The translations under genes were made by a program, and so were the position numbers. The notes under the pieces were generated by a model. That model did no database searches, had not been told where the DNA came from, and was given only the letters and a program-made list of their open reading frames with translations. Shown piece after piece: positions 52,166-64,000 of a stretch of 64,000 nucleotides of DNA. Within the stretch, counting starts at the first letter, position 1. Every line of letters starts with the position of its first letter. This DNA is from Octopus sinensis. Lineage: Eukaryota. Location: the NCBI RefSeq assembly GCF_006345805.1, contig NC_043011.1, positions 23,138,464 through 23,202,463 on the forward strand, in the 5' to 3' direction.

Positions 52166-53384
52166 TATTTTGTGGTGGATTTGTAGTCTCAGTAGACTAT
52201 TGGTCAAACTGCCTTGTGCTATTTAGTTTTAATCCTTTATGTTATGAGTTCAAATCCTGCTTAAGATAACTTTGTTGTTCATCCTTTCAAAGTTGCTGAA
52301 TAAGTATTGGTCTGTGTAGCATGGTTGATATATTTGACTGGACTGTATTCTTGAAGGCAGTGTCCCAGCATGACCACAGCACAATGGCAGAAACAAGCCA
52401 ATATGGGAGTATCTGTGTGGTTGCTCACTATGAGAGAAATAGCAATCAAATGTCTCTTGAGCCTTTACATGACCATCTTGAAAAAGAGAGCCACACATTG
52501 GATAATGGTAGTCTAAACTGGCACTCTGTCAGGACAGCGAAGGTTCCAGTTGATCCGAGCAATAGAACAGCCTCTCATGAAATTAACATGCAAGTGGCTG
52601 AGCACTCCACAGACATGTATACCCTTAAGGTAGTTCTAAGGGAGATTCAGCATGACACAGAGTGTGACAAGGCTGACCCTTTGAAATACAAGTACTACTC
52701 ATTTTTGTCAGCTGAATGGACTAGAGCAATGTGAAATAAAATGTCTTGCTGAAGGACACAATGTGCCACTGGGAATCGAAATCATGATCTTATGACCATG
52801 AGCCTAATACCCTAACCACTAAGCCATGCACCTTCGTTAATATAGTCTAAGATGCATTATGTCTAAGCAAAAGATAGGAGGTTACTGTTGGAACACATTT
52901 CATGATATGGGTCTGCTCATTTATGACCAAGCTGAAGTTAAACAAGGAGAATGACATCTTGTTTAATTAATAGATTTCTACCTCTAATTGCTACAGTTAA
53001 TTTTTAATTATTTTAGCATAGAAATGGCTAAGTGGAAAGATATGAAATTACTGGCTCTTAGCTACAAGTTCATATCTATCGCTTGTGCAAAGGATCATAG
53101 CATATGTTTTATACGTCCCAGTTTATTTCGGAAAAAGTTACTTGTCCAGGAGGAGATTTGTCTCTCATCTGCTTGAAGCTTCATAGACAGGAATTAATCA
53201 TTAAGTATATGAATTAATGAAAGTATTCCCTGTTGAAATTAGTTTTAATCTGAACTGTCTTGCAATGTTCTTTCAAATTATTTCTTAATCATTCATCACT
53301 GTTTGTCATCAAATATTTTCATTCATGAATCAGAGTTGGATATCTACCGTGTTTTGTGAAGAATCACTATTTGTCATCTATTAA

Positions 53385-53725
53385 TATTAGTCATCCATCT
53401 ATCACAGTCATCTACCATTGTTATCATCTATTGCAGTTATCTGTCTCTGTTAGTTACTCATCACTGTTTGTTACCCCCCACTGTTAGTCATCTATCATTA
53501 TTAGTCATCTATCATTATTAGTCATCCATCTATCACTGTTAGTCATTATAACTATTTATCAATCTATCACTGTTACTCACCTATCATTGTTAGTCATCTA
53601 TCACTGTCAGTCATCTACCACTGTCGGTCATCTATCACTTTTAATCATTATAACTATTTACCAATCTATCACTGTTACTCACTCATCATTGTTAGTCATC
53701 TATCACTGTCAGTCTTCTGTCACTT
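53385..53725. repeat. Degenerate ~17-nt minisatellite (ttagtcatctatca..) with an ~85-bp higher-order duplication
   Basis: Repeated tagtcatctatca units; about 53528-53612 is duplicated at about 53630-53714. Confidence 0.8.
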
Positions 53726-53751
53726 GTAGTCACGTGATCTTTTGTTTTCAG

Positions 53752-53822
53752 CCGGTCAGTGTGGTGTTCTGTCTAAAAACTTGATGGCAAAAATGAAAGG
53801 AAGCAATGACTTTAAGTCTAAA
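53752..53822 (+). CDS. SQOR: SQOR visible exon 7 (71 nt, 1/0)
   Basis: gttttcag|(A)GQCGVLSKNLMAKMKGSNDFKSK|gtaagg; phase completes exon 6 and it aligns to the SQOR AAQSGIL..MK region. Confidence 0.9.
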
Positions 53823-54895
53823 GTAAGGAATCAAATTAATTTTTTGTTACTTTCTTGTTATATCTTCTCTGTTTTGCTGGAATTTCTTTCATCACTGAAC
53901 GTTATCATCAATTTACATTGAATTACATCACAGTGAAAAGTGGAAAGCCAATGCTCATGGCCATATGGCCTCCTGGAGTAATAGTTAGGAAGGACGAGGA
54001 GCTACATTTAGACTGGAGTTTAGGTCAGAATGCTTACAACTAAATGTTCTCCACCAAAGGCATTCATTTTCAGTCATTGGATCATGGTCATGCTGAGGCA
54101 CCAGCTTGAAGGGTTTTTGTCAAATGAATTAACCTTGGTACTTGTTCTCTCAGTTTCTTATGCTAAGCTGCTAAGTTATGGTACGGATGCTTTTTACATG
54201 GCACTAGGATTCACAAGCCTGCAAAATTAGGAATGCTCAGCTGGAGAGGGATGCAGGGGACATGCCTGTATGAAAGGATGACCATGGTTTTACTTAATTT
54301 GACATGTTCTCAAGCAAGGCAAACTGCTAGATATATATATATATATATATACCATCCGAGCATGATTGTTGCCAGAGCGGCTAACTGGCCTCTGTGCTGG
54401 TGGCATGTAAAAGGCACCATTCGAGCGTGATCGTTACCAGCATCGCCTTACTGGCACCTGTGCTGGTGGCATGTGTAAAAGATTTGAGTGAGGTTGTTGT
54501 CAGCACATAAAAGCACCCTCTGCACTCTAAGTGGTTGGCATTAGGAAGGGCATCCAGCTGTAGAAACTCTGCCAGATCAAGATTGAAGCCTGGTGCAGCC
54601 ATCTGGTTCACCAGCCCTCAGTCAAATTGTCCAACCCATGCAAGCATGGAAAGCGGACATTAAACGATGATGAAGATGATGATGATGATGTTATAAATAT
54701 ATATATATATACACACAAAGTAAGATAGGGGTTATGGGTGTAACCCACTATGGGATATCATTTATCCAATATACTGTTGGTAAAGTAGCCAAATTCTTAA
54801 TACATAAATGTTTTTAATTGCAATGCAATTAATTCATTTATTGTATTAAACGGGTGAAGGTAAAGAAATATTTTTACTGTAAATTTAAGATACAA

Positions 54896-55162
54896 ATAAG
54901 AAAATGGAGAAACAAATTTGGTTTGTTCATCAACTTACGGATATTATAATGTTGGATTATTTATTCATTTTAAAAATGAGAACAACAAAAGCATACAAAA
55001 TATTATATAAATCGATAGATAAGATAATAATACAAATACAGATTTTAAAAGTCATTATTTTGTATGCTTTTGATGTTCTCATTTGTAAAATGAATAAATA
55101 ATCCAACATTATAATATCCGTAAGTTGATGAACAAACTAAATTTGCTTCTCCATTTTCTTAT
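54896..55162. repeat. Inverted repeat, 107-bp arms, 53-nt spacer
   Basis: 54896-55002 versus 55056-55162, with few mismatches and no clear TSD. Confidence 0.85.
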
Positions 55163-55880
55163 AAAATAATCTCGATATAATTTATGAGTAAAATAATTCA
55201 CCAAAATTAATTCACGAAGGTGTTATTAATTCTATTATTATCCAATGTAACTATTTAAAAAATGATAATAACAGAATCAATGACACTGGCAATAGCAGGC
55301 CAAAATAGCATTAAATAGCCGAGGGATTAAAATTTATGAAAGGACGTACTAAGTATGTCTACCTGCTTGAAATAACAGTCAAAACTCTTATTAGATCGCC
55401 AAAAATACACTGATGAAAACTACAGAAATCAAACAAAGACAAAATCAGGTTAAGACAATCTACTAACATGCATTTAAGTATTTGGACTCACATGGACCGG
55501 TTTCTGCATTGGTAAAATAAACCTTAGCTTCTTCAGCACGCATTACCATGATTAGAGACTCCCAACCCATGGAATAGTAGCACCTGTCAGGGTCTCAGCA
55601 GTGGGTGAACTAGCATGTATACCACCTGATTCAAACCCAGGTGTCTGCTCCAACAGTTATAATTGGTGGAAACTTGGTGGGTTGATATATAAAATTTATA
55701 TGCACATATATGTGTATATGCACTCATGCACATATATGCATATACATCAGGCGTGGCTGTATGGTAAGAAGCTTGTTCTTCTATCACATGGTTCCAGGTT
55801 CAGTCCCACTGTGCCACACCTTGTTCCAACCAAAGCTTTGTAAGTGGATTTGGTAGATGGAAACTGAAAGAAGATCATTG

Positions 55881-55940
<60 letters not shown>

Positions 55941-55943
<3 letters not shown>

Positions 55944-56340
55944 GGTGTCCCCACCAAAATTGATATAATTTGAAATGTGAATATCTGAGTAACTATATGT
56001 CTAAGGCAAACGAAATTACATAGATTTCATGTTGAACAATAAAAGATTTATATATCAATATTTGAACAAGAAATTCAGAGGGATGTAGATTTTATGCCGT
56101 AAATCCTGGAGTATAATCTGTACTTGAGTATAATACGCAGGGGATTTTTTTTAAGAGGCTGTGCTTCTGGAAAACCTGTGGGAAGAGTGGGGGATATAAA
56201 TCACTCCTTTGACATAGCCCCATAGAAACAAATCACTAGGTGCCAAGTTAGGTTGAACGTGATGGCCATTTCAACAGCACATTGTCATTATCACTGGCAT
56301 GCTCAATCCAAACTTAGTTTTTACATATTTTACTAAAATC
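55941..56340 (-). mobile_element. Tc1/mariner-superfamily 3'-end fragment
   Basis: TA|cagggtgtcc terminus; minus strand reads PNLAPSDLFLWGYVKG. Confidence 0.7.
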
Positions 56341-56667
56341 TGAGATCATTTGAGCAAGAATTGGCTATGTTATTAGACTAGGAAATGGTGTCGATTTTTT
56401 TGGACACGCACACGCGCAAGCGCACACGTACAGAGAGAGAGAGAGAGGAATTCAAGCAGAAAGTCACTGAGGTGTTGGAGAATGCTATGCAATCCTTCTG
56501 TGCGTGTGTGTGTGCATATAAGGTGTCGAATTTATGGGTGTATTAGGCTGACGTTTCTGTGGTGTATGCTTGAGAAGTATGTGTACATGAAACTCCTCTG
56601 CAAATGATGACAATTTTCCATAATATTTAGTCCTAGCTATGACTGCAGCAACATGAAATAAAGTACC

Positions 56668-57114
56668 GAATCTTTTCCTTTTGAACGGCAGTTTTCAACA
56701 CAATTTCTAGTTAACTAAACACTTTTAAACTTCGTATACTGGTAGAATGTGTCAAAATAAAAAATTTTTTTCTCTTGGCTTTCTTGAGAAAATTGTAATT
56801 TGTAAGTTTAACATAGTTTAATTTTTCGAATTTTAACCAATTGATGGCCTCTATTTAGCTAAAATCATTTTAGGGTTAGTGACAGGATGGTGTCTCAGTT
56901 TTAGATGCAGCAAATGATTTTAGCTCAATAGAGGCCATCAATTGGTTAAAATTCGAAAAATTAAACTACGTTAAACTTACAAATTACAATTTTCTCAAGA
57001 AAGCCAAGAGAAAAAAATGTTTTATTTTGACACATTCTACCAGTATACGAAGTTTAAAAGTGTCTAGTTAACTAGAAATTGTGTTGAAAACTGCCGTTCA
57101 AAAGGAAAAGATCC
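56668..57114. mobile_element. Foldback MITE, 447 bp, ~203-bp TIRs, 8-bp TSD (Merlin-like)
   Basis: AAAGTACC at 56660-56667 and 57115-57122. Arms 56668-56870 and 56912-57114 are nearly perfect reverse complements. Termini G(A/G)ATC...GATCC. Confidence 0.88.
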
Positions 57115-57968
57115 AAAGTACCTTATCCCAAAACACAAATAAAGGAACTGAACTCCTTATCTTACGACCCTGAACCTAATGTGTCACAGTAGTATATATA
57201 AAAACAAACTTCTATGTATATGTAACCCTGTTTGTGTTTATGTTGTGTCCATAAGTACCCCGCGTCTTAGCGGCTCAACAGATAAGTATAAATAAAATAA
57301 GCAGGGTTGATATACTTTAAAAAATTTCTAAGTAGTGCTCTAGCATGGCCGGTCATAGACCAACGAGTAGCACATATAAAATAGTCCATTTGAATATTTA
57401 ATGCTCAAAAGCAAATTTTTCCCGTCAAGGGAGATAACTCTATACGTCATTTTCTGAAAGAAACCATAGTTCTGTCCCTTGAAATCTATTCAGCATTGTT
57501 AGTTACATCTTCGTAATTGACTAACACTATATTAATTTTCTAAGCGAGGAACATACGTGTAAATTGCAGGGGTAAAAACTAGAAAATTAGGCTTAAAAGC
57601 CTTCCTATAAAGTATAGGACATATCTTTATTTCTTTGTAATTTTATATCACTGTATGTATAAGAAGGGTGATTAGGTTAGCAACAGCATCCAACTGTAGA
57701 AACTATCTCAAAACACATTGGAGCTCATCACAGCCCTGCAGCTTGCTGGATCCTTGTCAAACCATCCAACCTATGCCAGCATGGAAAACAGGCGTTAAAT
57801 GATGATGATGATGATGATGTTTTATTATCTTACAAATAGAAGGACATGTTGGACATGTCAGTCTTGGTTGTATGCTACCTGAAAAAAAAAGAAAAAGAGA
57901 CAGGTTGTGTCACTACTAGAACGTTTTTGATAGAGAACTGCTTGGGTTTAAACATCAACAATATACTA

Positions 57969-58066
57969 AAGCTCTCCAATAAGTTATAAACATCATCCTT
58001 GGTATTTTATATCCATTTTGCTTTGATTCTTGCTCAGACTAGACTGGTATTCTCCAACACAGCCTC
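57969..58066. repeat. Left arm of a 98-bp inverted repeat flanking SQOR exon 8
   Basis: Reverse complement of 59826-59923 with 3 differences. Confidence 0.9.
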
Positions 58067-58152
58067 TTATTATTTATAAACTGTTTCCATTTGCATGCTT
58101 TTAATTTTGTGTGATTCCAACATATTTTGTTTTTGCTTTTTCTGTATTGTAG

Positions 58153-58332
<180 letters not shown>

Positions 58333-59412
58333 TAAGTTTGACTGCTTTCCTTTCAATCTCCCTTGCACTTGAATCAGTATTTTATAGTAAACACAAAAGT
58401 TTCAGTTAGCCAGAAGAGAGACAGGATTCAACTGTGGTCGTGTATAACATGAAGAAAAGGACTAGGTGGAAACGCCGCTCAGTGTATCCAATAAAAATCA
58501 CGAGTGCACAAGAGATGTAGCAGGATTATAGAGAGGTTGACAGTGAAGGAGAATTTCATATGTGCAAGAGTAGTTAACAGTTACAAAGGTCATAAAATAA
58601 ATTCTCTGAAATGTGCTGAAGGCTTCCTAGAAGTAGCTGATAGTTCCTGTTCACTTAGGTCAATGGGTTTCAACCATTTTTTATCTATGGACTCCTTTGA
58701 TTTCTATTTTACTTGGATAGATCCTTCTAGCCATTTGATGTTGAAAAAATCCTGTTATATTTCTATAAATTATGTATTAACAGGAATTGTATAAAAATAA
58801 TCATCAAAATATTTCATGTTTTATAGAAGTATAACCAATTTATTGCACATAAATCTTATTTGCTCCCTCCCTCCCACAAGGAGCCTTATGAACCCTAATT
58901 GAGAACCACTTATCTGATGATCTAATTACTAATGAAAGACACAGTTTTAAAAGCATTTAGCCACAATATGAATGAATGAGAAAATTTCTGGGTGCTATTA
59001 TGTCTGCTTGTAACAAAAGGATTCTCTCCCAACCGGAGAGCAGATTGTATGATGGTTGTGTATGATGTATGATGTTGCATGGTAATAAAACATGGACAAT
59101 GAATGCAGAGGATAGGCTAAGAAAAAAAAATGAAGGAGCTTGCTCTACTGGATACATAATATTAGTGTGCATGAACAATGATGTGTGAAGTAACTGAGAA
59201 AAAACACAGGTATACAAAGAATTAATTGTTGTGTGTGAAAGAGGAGACTGCACTGGTATGGACACGTGGTATATATACAGAGAATGATAGATGAGTAAGG
59301 AAGTTCCAATGGATCCAAATAGAAGATGAAGATCAAGGAATGTGTAAGAAGAGATACAGCTGATTTCAGGATTGTGAACCTTACAAAGGACATGATAAAA
59401 ACTTGCAACAGG

Positions 59413-59820
59413 CGCAGGAGTGGCTGTGTGGTAAGTAGCTTGCTAACCAACCACATGGTTGCGGGTTCAGTCCCACTGCGTGGCATCTTGGGCAAGTGTC
59501 TTCTGCTATAGCCCCGGGCTGACCAATGCTTTGTGAGTGGATTTGGTAGACGGAAACTGAAAGAAGCCTGTCGTATATATGTATATATATATATGTGTGT
59601 GTGTGTTTGTGTTTGTCCCCCTAGCATTGCTTGACAACCGATGCTGGTGTGTTTACGTCCCCATCACTTAGCGGTTCGGCAAAAGAGACCGATAGAATAA
59701 GTACTGGGCTTACAAAGAATAAGTCCCAGGGTCGATTTGCTCAACTAAAGGCGGTGCTCCTGCATGGCCGCAGTCAAATGACTGAAACAAGTAAAAGAGT
59801 AAAAAGAAAGAGTAAAAGAG
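59413..59820 (+). mobile_element. Near-complete tRNA-derived SINE (family C)
   Basis: tggctgtgtggtaag A-box-like and gggttcagtccc B-box-like sequences, internal (TA/TG)n, and a repeated aaaagagt tail. Related copies at 3060-3210, 38888-39030, 42360-42520, 44850-45240 and 55750-55880. Confidence 0.8.
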
Positions 59821-59825
59821 ATAGT

Positions 59826-59923
59826 GAGACTGTGTTGGAGAATACCAGTCTAGTCTGAGCAAGAATCAAAGTAAAATGGATATAAAATACTAAGGATGAT
59901 GTTTATAACTTATTGGAGAGCTT
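59826..59923. repeat. Right arm of the 98-bp inverted repeat flanking SQOR exon 8
   Basis: Reverse complement of 57969-58066. Confidence 0.9.
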
Positions 59924-60204
59924 AGATCTAGAGAGGATATTGATTTTATTGATTTTTGTGGCGGTGTAAATGGATATGTATCTTTTGTGATAGTGTTATT
60001 GAATTTAGAAATAGATTTTAGTGTATGGTGTTAAAGGATATGGGCGTTTTTTTATGTAGTTGGAGATATTGTCATTTAGTTTATTGTCAGTCTTGACTGG
60101 GCAGATTTATAGCATGTAGGTAAGCAATTATTGTTTTTGTGTAGTCTCAGGTTAACTTTAATTGCACAGATCTATTTATTTGTCTGTCTGCCTCCCTCCC
60201 CCCC

Positions 60205-60249
<45 letters not shown>

Positions 60250-60479
60250 TAGATGCAGGCATGGCTGTGTGGTAAGAAATTCACTTCCGTACTACATTGA
60301 TCTAGGATCAGTCCCAGTTCCTGGTTTTGTCAATTTTCATGTCTCACCAGTGAAAGTCTTCTTGGGCCAATAGGTGGGGTTAGTGCACAGGTACTTCTTG
60401 TACACCAAATCTTAGTAAAATCATTGAATTGGTTGGTTAGCAGAAACCTAAAAATGCACTTGTAACTTACTTTAAAATG

Positions 60480-62700
60480 TCTCAAATAGATTCAGTAAAT
60501 GGCAAAAAAAGGCTTGGGAATGTCAGGGGAACAGGTCTGGCTTGGCAGGTGTCCCAGTGTATCACAGGCTGGGCCTGGTCATCATACTGCCACTGTGGTC
60601 AAACAATCTTCAAGAAAAACTAAAAATAAACATCCTTTGAATTTTGCCTGTTGGAATGTGCGCACACTTCTTGATGATAATTTCAACAAGAGGCCAGAAA
60701 GGCGTACTGCACTTCTTGCATGTGAGCTTAAGAAATATTCCTTTGATATAGTTGCACTCTCTGAAACTTGTCTCTCTCTGGTGAGGGTCAAGTAAATGAA
60801 CCTACTTATAGATATACTATCTTTCGGAGAGGCCTACCTAAGGGTCAGAGTAGAGAATCTGGTCTTGGGTTTGCTCTCAAAAATACATTAGTATCCTCCA
60901 TTGCAGAGCTTCAAAGTGGTATATCTGAGTGGATCATGTTATGCCATATTAAACTGACAAAAGGTAGGTTTCTTACTGTTGTCAGTATTTATGCACCAAC
61001 AATGTTCCATTTTGATGAAACTGTGGGACGGTTTTATGATGATCTAGCACAATTATTGAGGAAAGTACCAATTTCTGACAAGCAGGTCATACTGGGAGAT
61101 TTCATTGCAAGAGTTGGAAAGGACTATGTTTCATGGCCTGTTTTAGGTTGACATGGGATTGGAAAATGTAATAAAAATGGAGTATCTCTTTTGACGTTTT
61201 GTACTGAGAATAATCTGGTTGTCACCAACTCTCTGTTTAAGCAGAAAAATAAATATAAACCATTTGGACGCACCCAAGATCTAAGCACTGGCATCTCATA
61301 GATTATATTCTGATCAGAAAACATGATATGAAAGACGTTTCTAGTGCATGGAAAAATAGATTTTTCGATAATGCCTAAAAATCGACAGTCTGGTCCTAAG
61401 GTACCCAAAAAGTTAAATGTTGCAGACTTTAAATTATCAAGCAACTCGCAAAGATTCCATGATACTATAGAAAGTATCAATCTTGACCCAAACAATCTAT
61501 GGGAAGATTTCAGAACAAAAGTATTTCAGGTTGCAAGTTTGTCAGTGGGATTTAAATCACATAAGTCCAGTAACTGGTTCTCAGATAGACGAGCAGAAAT
61601 TCATGATCTATTTTTAGAAAAACAAAATTTAGGCAATACACTTCTTTCTCAGTCCTTGAACCCCAACTCAAAGGAAGCTTACAGAAAGCTGAAAGGTAAA
61701 GTGCAGCCTGCTGTTAGGAAAATTAAACAGGAATGGTGGAATGATAGAGCAAAATGGGCACAAGAAGCATTTGATAGAAATGATGCCTAGGGTGACACTA
61801 CATCTATTCATAAGCGTTGGGTAGAACATTTTTCTGCACTTTTGAATTGACCATCATCCTCTGACATGAGGACAATAGAAAAAAATTGAACACCTTCCAG
61901 TTATAGAAGAGATGGCATTTGAACCAACTCTAAAGGACATTTATTTAGCTGTAAGCTGAATAACAATAAGTCTCCAGGGTCTGATGGAATCTGTGCAGGA
62001 GTCTTGAAATATGGGGGTGATAAAATGTTTGAACTCTTAAATATATTAATTTGTCACTGTTGGAGAACTAAGAAAGTGCCTCAAGACTGGATTGATGCCA
62101 TTTTAGTCTCCTTGTATAAATTGGGGCCAAAGGATCTGTGTGGTAATTTTTGTGGGATTTTGCTTTTGTTTGTGGTTGGAAAGGTACTTGCCCGCATTTT
62201 GTTAGAACGCTTAAATACCTTCATAGTTCCAAATATAATGTCTGAGTCTCAGGGTGGTTTTTGTTCCTCCAGGGGCACAGCTGAATGTATCTTTATTATC
62301 AGACAATTACAAGAAAAGTGCATTGAACAGAATCTTGCTCTATGCCATTTGCTTTGTTGATTTGAACAAAGTATTCAATACTGTTAATCGAAATGCTCTG
62401 TAGTTAATTCTAAGAAAATAGGTTGCCTAGAAAAATTTGTAAACATGATCAGGGCTTTGCATCAAGATATGAAAACTAGAGTTAATTTTGGTGGTAGGTT
62501 CTCTGAATATTTTGCTGTGGAAAATGGAGTAAAGCAACCACCCTCTTTGCAATATACTTTGCTGTTGTGTTGGCACATGCTTTTCAAAACTCTGAGGAGG
62601 GTATTTACATAAAATATCGAACAACAGGGAATCTTTTTAATCTGACCAAACTGAAATTCAAGAGTTGCAGAAAAGGTGACAGATGTGTGACGAAAGATTT
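60480..62700 (+). mobile_element. RTE-clade LINE (APE + part of RT), decayed
   Basis: CWNVRTLLD..RPERRTALLA.EL..DIVALSET..SIYAPT..ILGDF.ARVG..HGIGKCN.NG..TNSLFKQ, then KSPGSDGI..PQDWIDA..GKVLARILL.RL..ESQGGF..RQLQEKC.EQN, with many frameshifts. Confidence 0.9.
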
Positions 62701-63415
62701 CCAGACAATGGACATAAGATAAAATATGAACTATAAGTAAGTGAAGAACTGATATACAGTGCATGTGTTTATTTGGCAGGTATCTTGCAAAACAAATTTA
62801 TAAGTGTATGCGTGTGTATTTTTGTGTTTACCTTTGTCTAGATATGATGTGATGATTGTAAATGATCATTATCTTCATACAAGCAAGGTTGTTTGTTTTT
62901 AATCTTCCATGAAAATCAAGTCTAGCTATGGGGAAAATACCACCTTGCTTGGAAACCTGAGGGCTGGCTACAGGAAGACCATCCAGTCATAGAAAATCTG
63001 CCTTGAAATATTCTGTCTGACTCATGCAAGCATGGAAAAAGGGATGTTAAATAATCATGATGATGATATGTGTGTGTGTGTAAAAATACTTCAAGTGACA
63101 GAAGCAGTATTAATACCAAAAGATAAAATTTGTCACCACTTAAAAGTGGCTATATATGTATATCTGTCTGTCTGTCTGTATGTATATAAGGCAATAAAGG
63201 AGCCTCTATGTGGTCATTTCCCATGGTAGAAATATTAGTTAAATCTGTCTTTCTAAAATAAGCAAGTACATATACTTATTGGGTAATCTAATTCATTGCC
63301 TCGTAAAAAAAGAAAAAAATATGTATGGGCAGGGTTGAAATACTTTTGCTTATGACTGTTTGAACTTGGATGACCTTGGTACAATGACCGTCTTGAATAT
63401 AAAGTTATGTTTGTG

Positions 63416-63464
<49 letters not shown>

Positions 63465-63681
63465 TCATCACTTTGTACTGTGTGTCAATGACATGTTCTA
63501 ATTTTTATGAAAGAAATTGTAACTGTTTAATTGATATTAAAGTATCGTTTTGTCTGAAATCAATTTTTTTTTGTGGCATCAGTAGAAGAACACATGATAA
63601 TTATATCCATCTGTGACCTTTATAACACCAACTGCACCAAGATCAACCTTGGTTTTATTATAGAAAAATTTCTTATTTTAA

Positions 63682-63903
63682 CTCTTTTGATACCAACCCG
63701 GCCAAAACCGCCTCCGGCTCTGTAGTACAAATGTCTTGTTTTCATAAGTATTGAATTAAAATCTTCCACCAAACCTTAGTCACAATTTATGTTCCCAACA
63801 CTAGTTTAATGATAACTAAGTTCTTTTACTAAATTCTTTGTTATATTTAAAATTAATTGACTGAAACACAAGGCATCTCAAAATAAATACAGTAACGAAA
63901 GGG
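63682..63903. mobile_element. 222-bp piggyBac MITE related to the 10710-12169 and 16580-18889 elements
   Basis: TTAA|ctcttttgataccaacccggcc ... agtaacgaaaggg|TTAA. Confidence 0.85.
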
Positions 63904-64000
63904 TTAAATTGTTTTATGTTTGAATTAAAACCTTCCATCGTAATTGTATTAAGAAATTTTTGGTTTCATTTATTAAATTATGTTTTAAATCTCATCTTAA

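Larger units (their letters stand above)
58900..60130 (-). mobile_element. Heavily decayed PLE-like remnant interrupted by a SINE
   Basis: Only weak motif echoes (TCPY, TNIMY) on the minus strand; contains the right arm of the 98-bp inverted repeat. Confidence 0.4.

Noticed and set aside
52321-52734. 137-aa ORF without low complexity
   Set aside because: It overlaps SINE-derived sequence, shows no recognisable domain, and has no splice or promoter context.
55405-55435. CTGATGA...GAAA spacing suggestive of another hammerhead
   Set aside because: No stem II pairing and no flanking stems I/III.
58784-58826. Candidate last SQOR exon, (K)NCIKIIIKIFHVL*
   Set aside because: The phase fits, but it lacks the conserved G-x-W-x-GP motif and the acceptor is weak; the true last exon is probably beyond the window.
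59413-59490. tRNA-like sequence (also 1745-1820 and 40455-40525)
   Set aside because: A/B boxes are present, but there is no complete cloverleaf and each continues into a SINE body, so these are SINE heads rather than tRNA genes.
62770-62850. Second candidate last SQOR exon after ttggcag
   Set aside because: The translation has no similarity to the SQOR C-terminus.

Overview
AT-rich, microsatellite- and transposon-dense eukaryotic genomic DNA. The repeat families and gene style suggest a coleoid cephalopod, probably Octopus (inference, not shown by the sequence). Two host genes are visible. (1) Eight consecutive, frame-compatible coding exons of mitochondrial sulfide:quinone oxidoreductase (SQOR, + strand, 32324-58331), with both catalytic cysteines; the first coding exon (FAD-binding GxGxxG) and the last exon were not found. 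(2) One internal exon of ribose-5-phosphate isomerase A (RPIA, - strand, 7894-8027). The genes point away from each other, and a 100-N assembly gap (18890-18989) lies between them. The rest is mobile DNA: Penelope-like elements (PLEs), RTE and CR1 LINEs, tRNA-derived SINEs, piggyBac at three size tiers, several mariners (one nearly intact), Helitrons, a Merlin-like foldback MITE and a solo LTR. The most unusual signals are RNA-structural. Minimal type I hammerhead ribozyme motifs occur as inverted pairs: a G3-C8 core variant in a TSD-flanked non-coding insertion at 29590-30619, and a near-canonical-core pair in a perfect 76-bp hairpin in a SQOR intron. A 98-bp inverted repeat brackets the SQOR exon carrying the second catalytic Cys. 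A solo LTR with CRE/ETS motifs and a potential in-frame cryptic exon sits 44 nt upstream of a SQOR exon. Nearly all long ORFs in the supplied track are microsatellite artefacts. No database search or folding program was run; family names come from motif recognition by eye.
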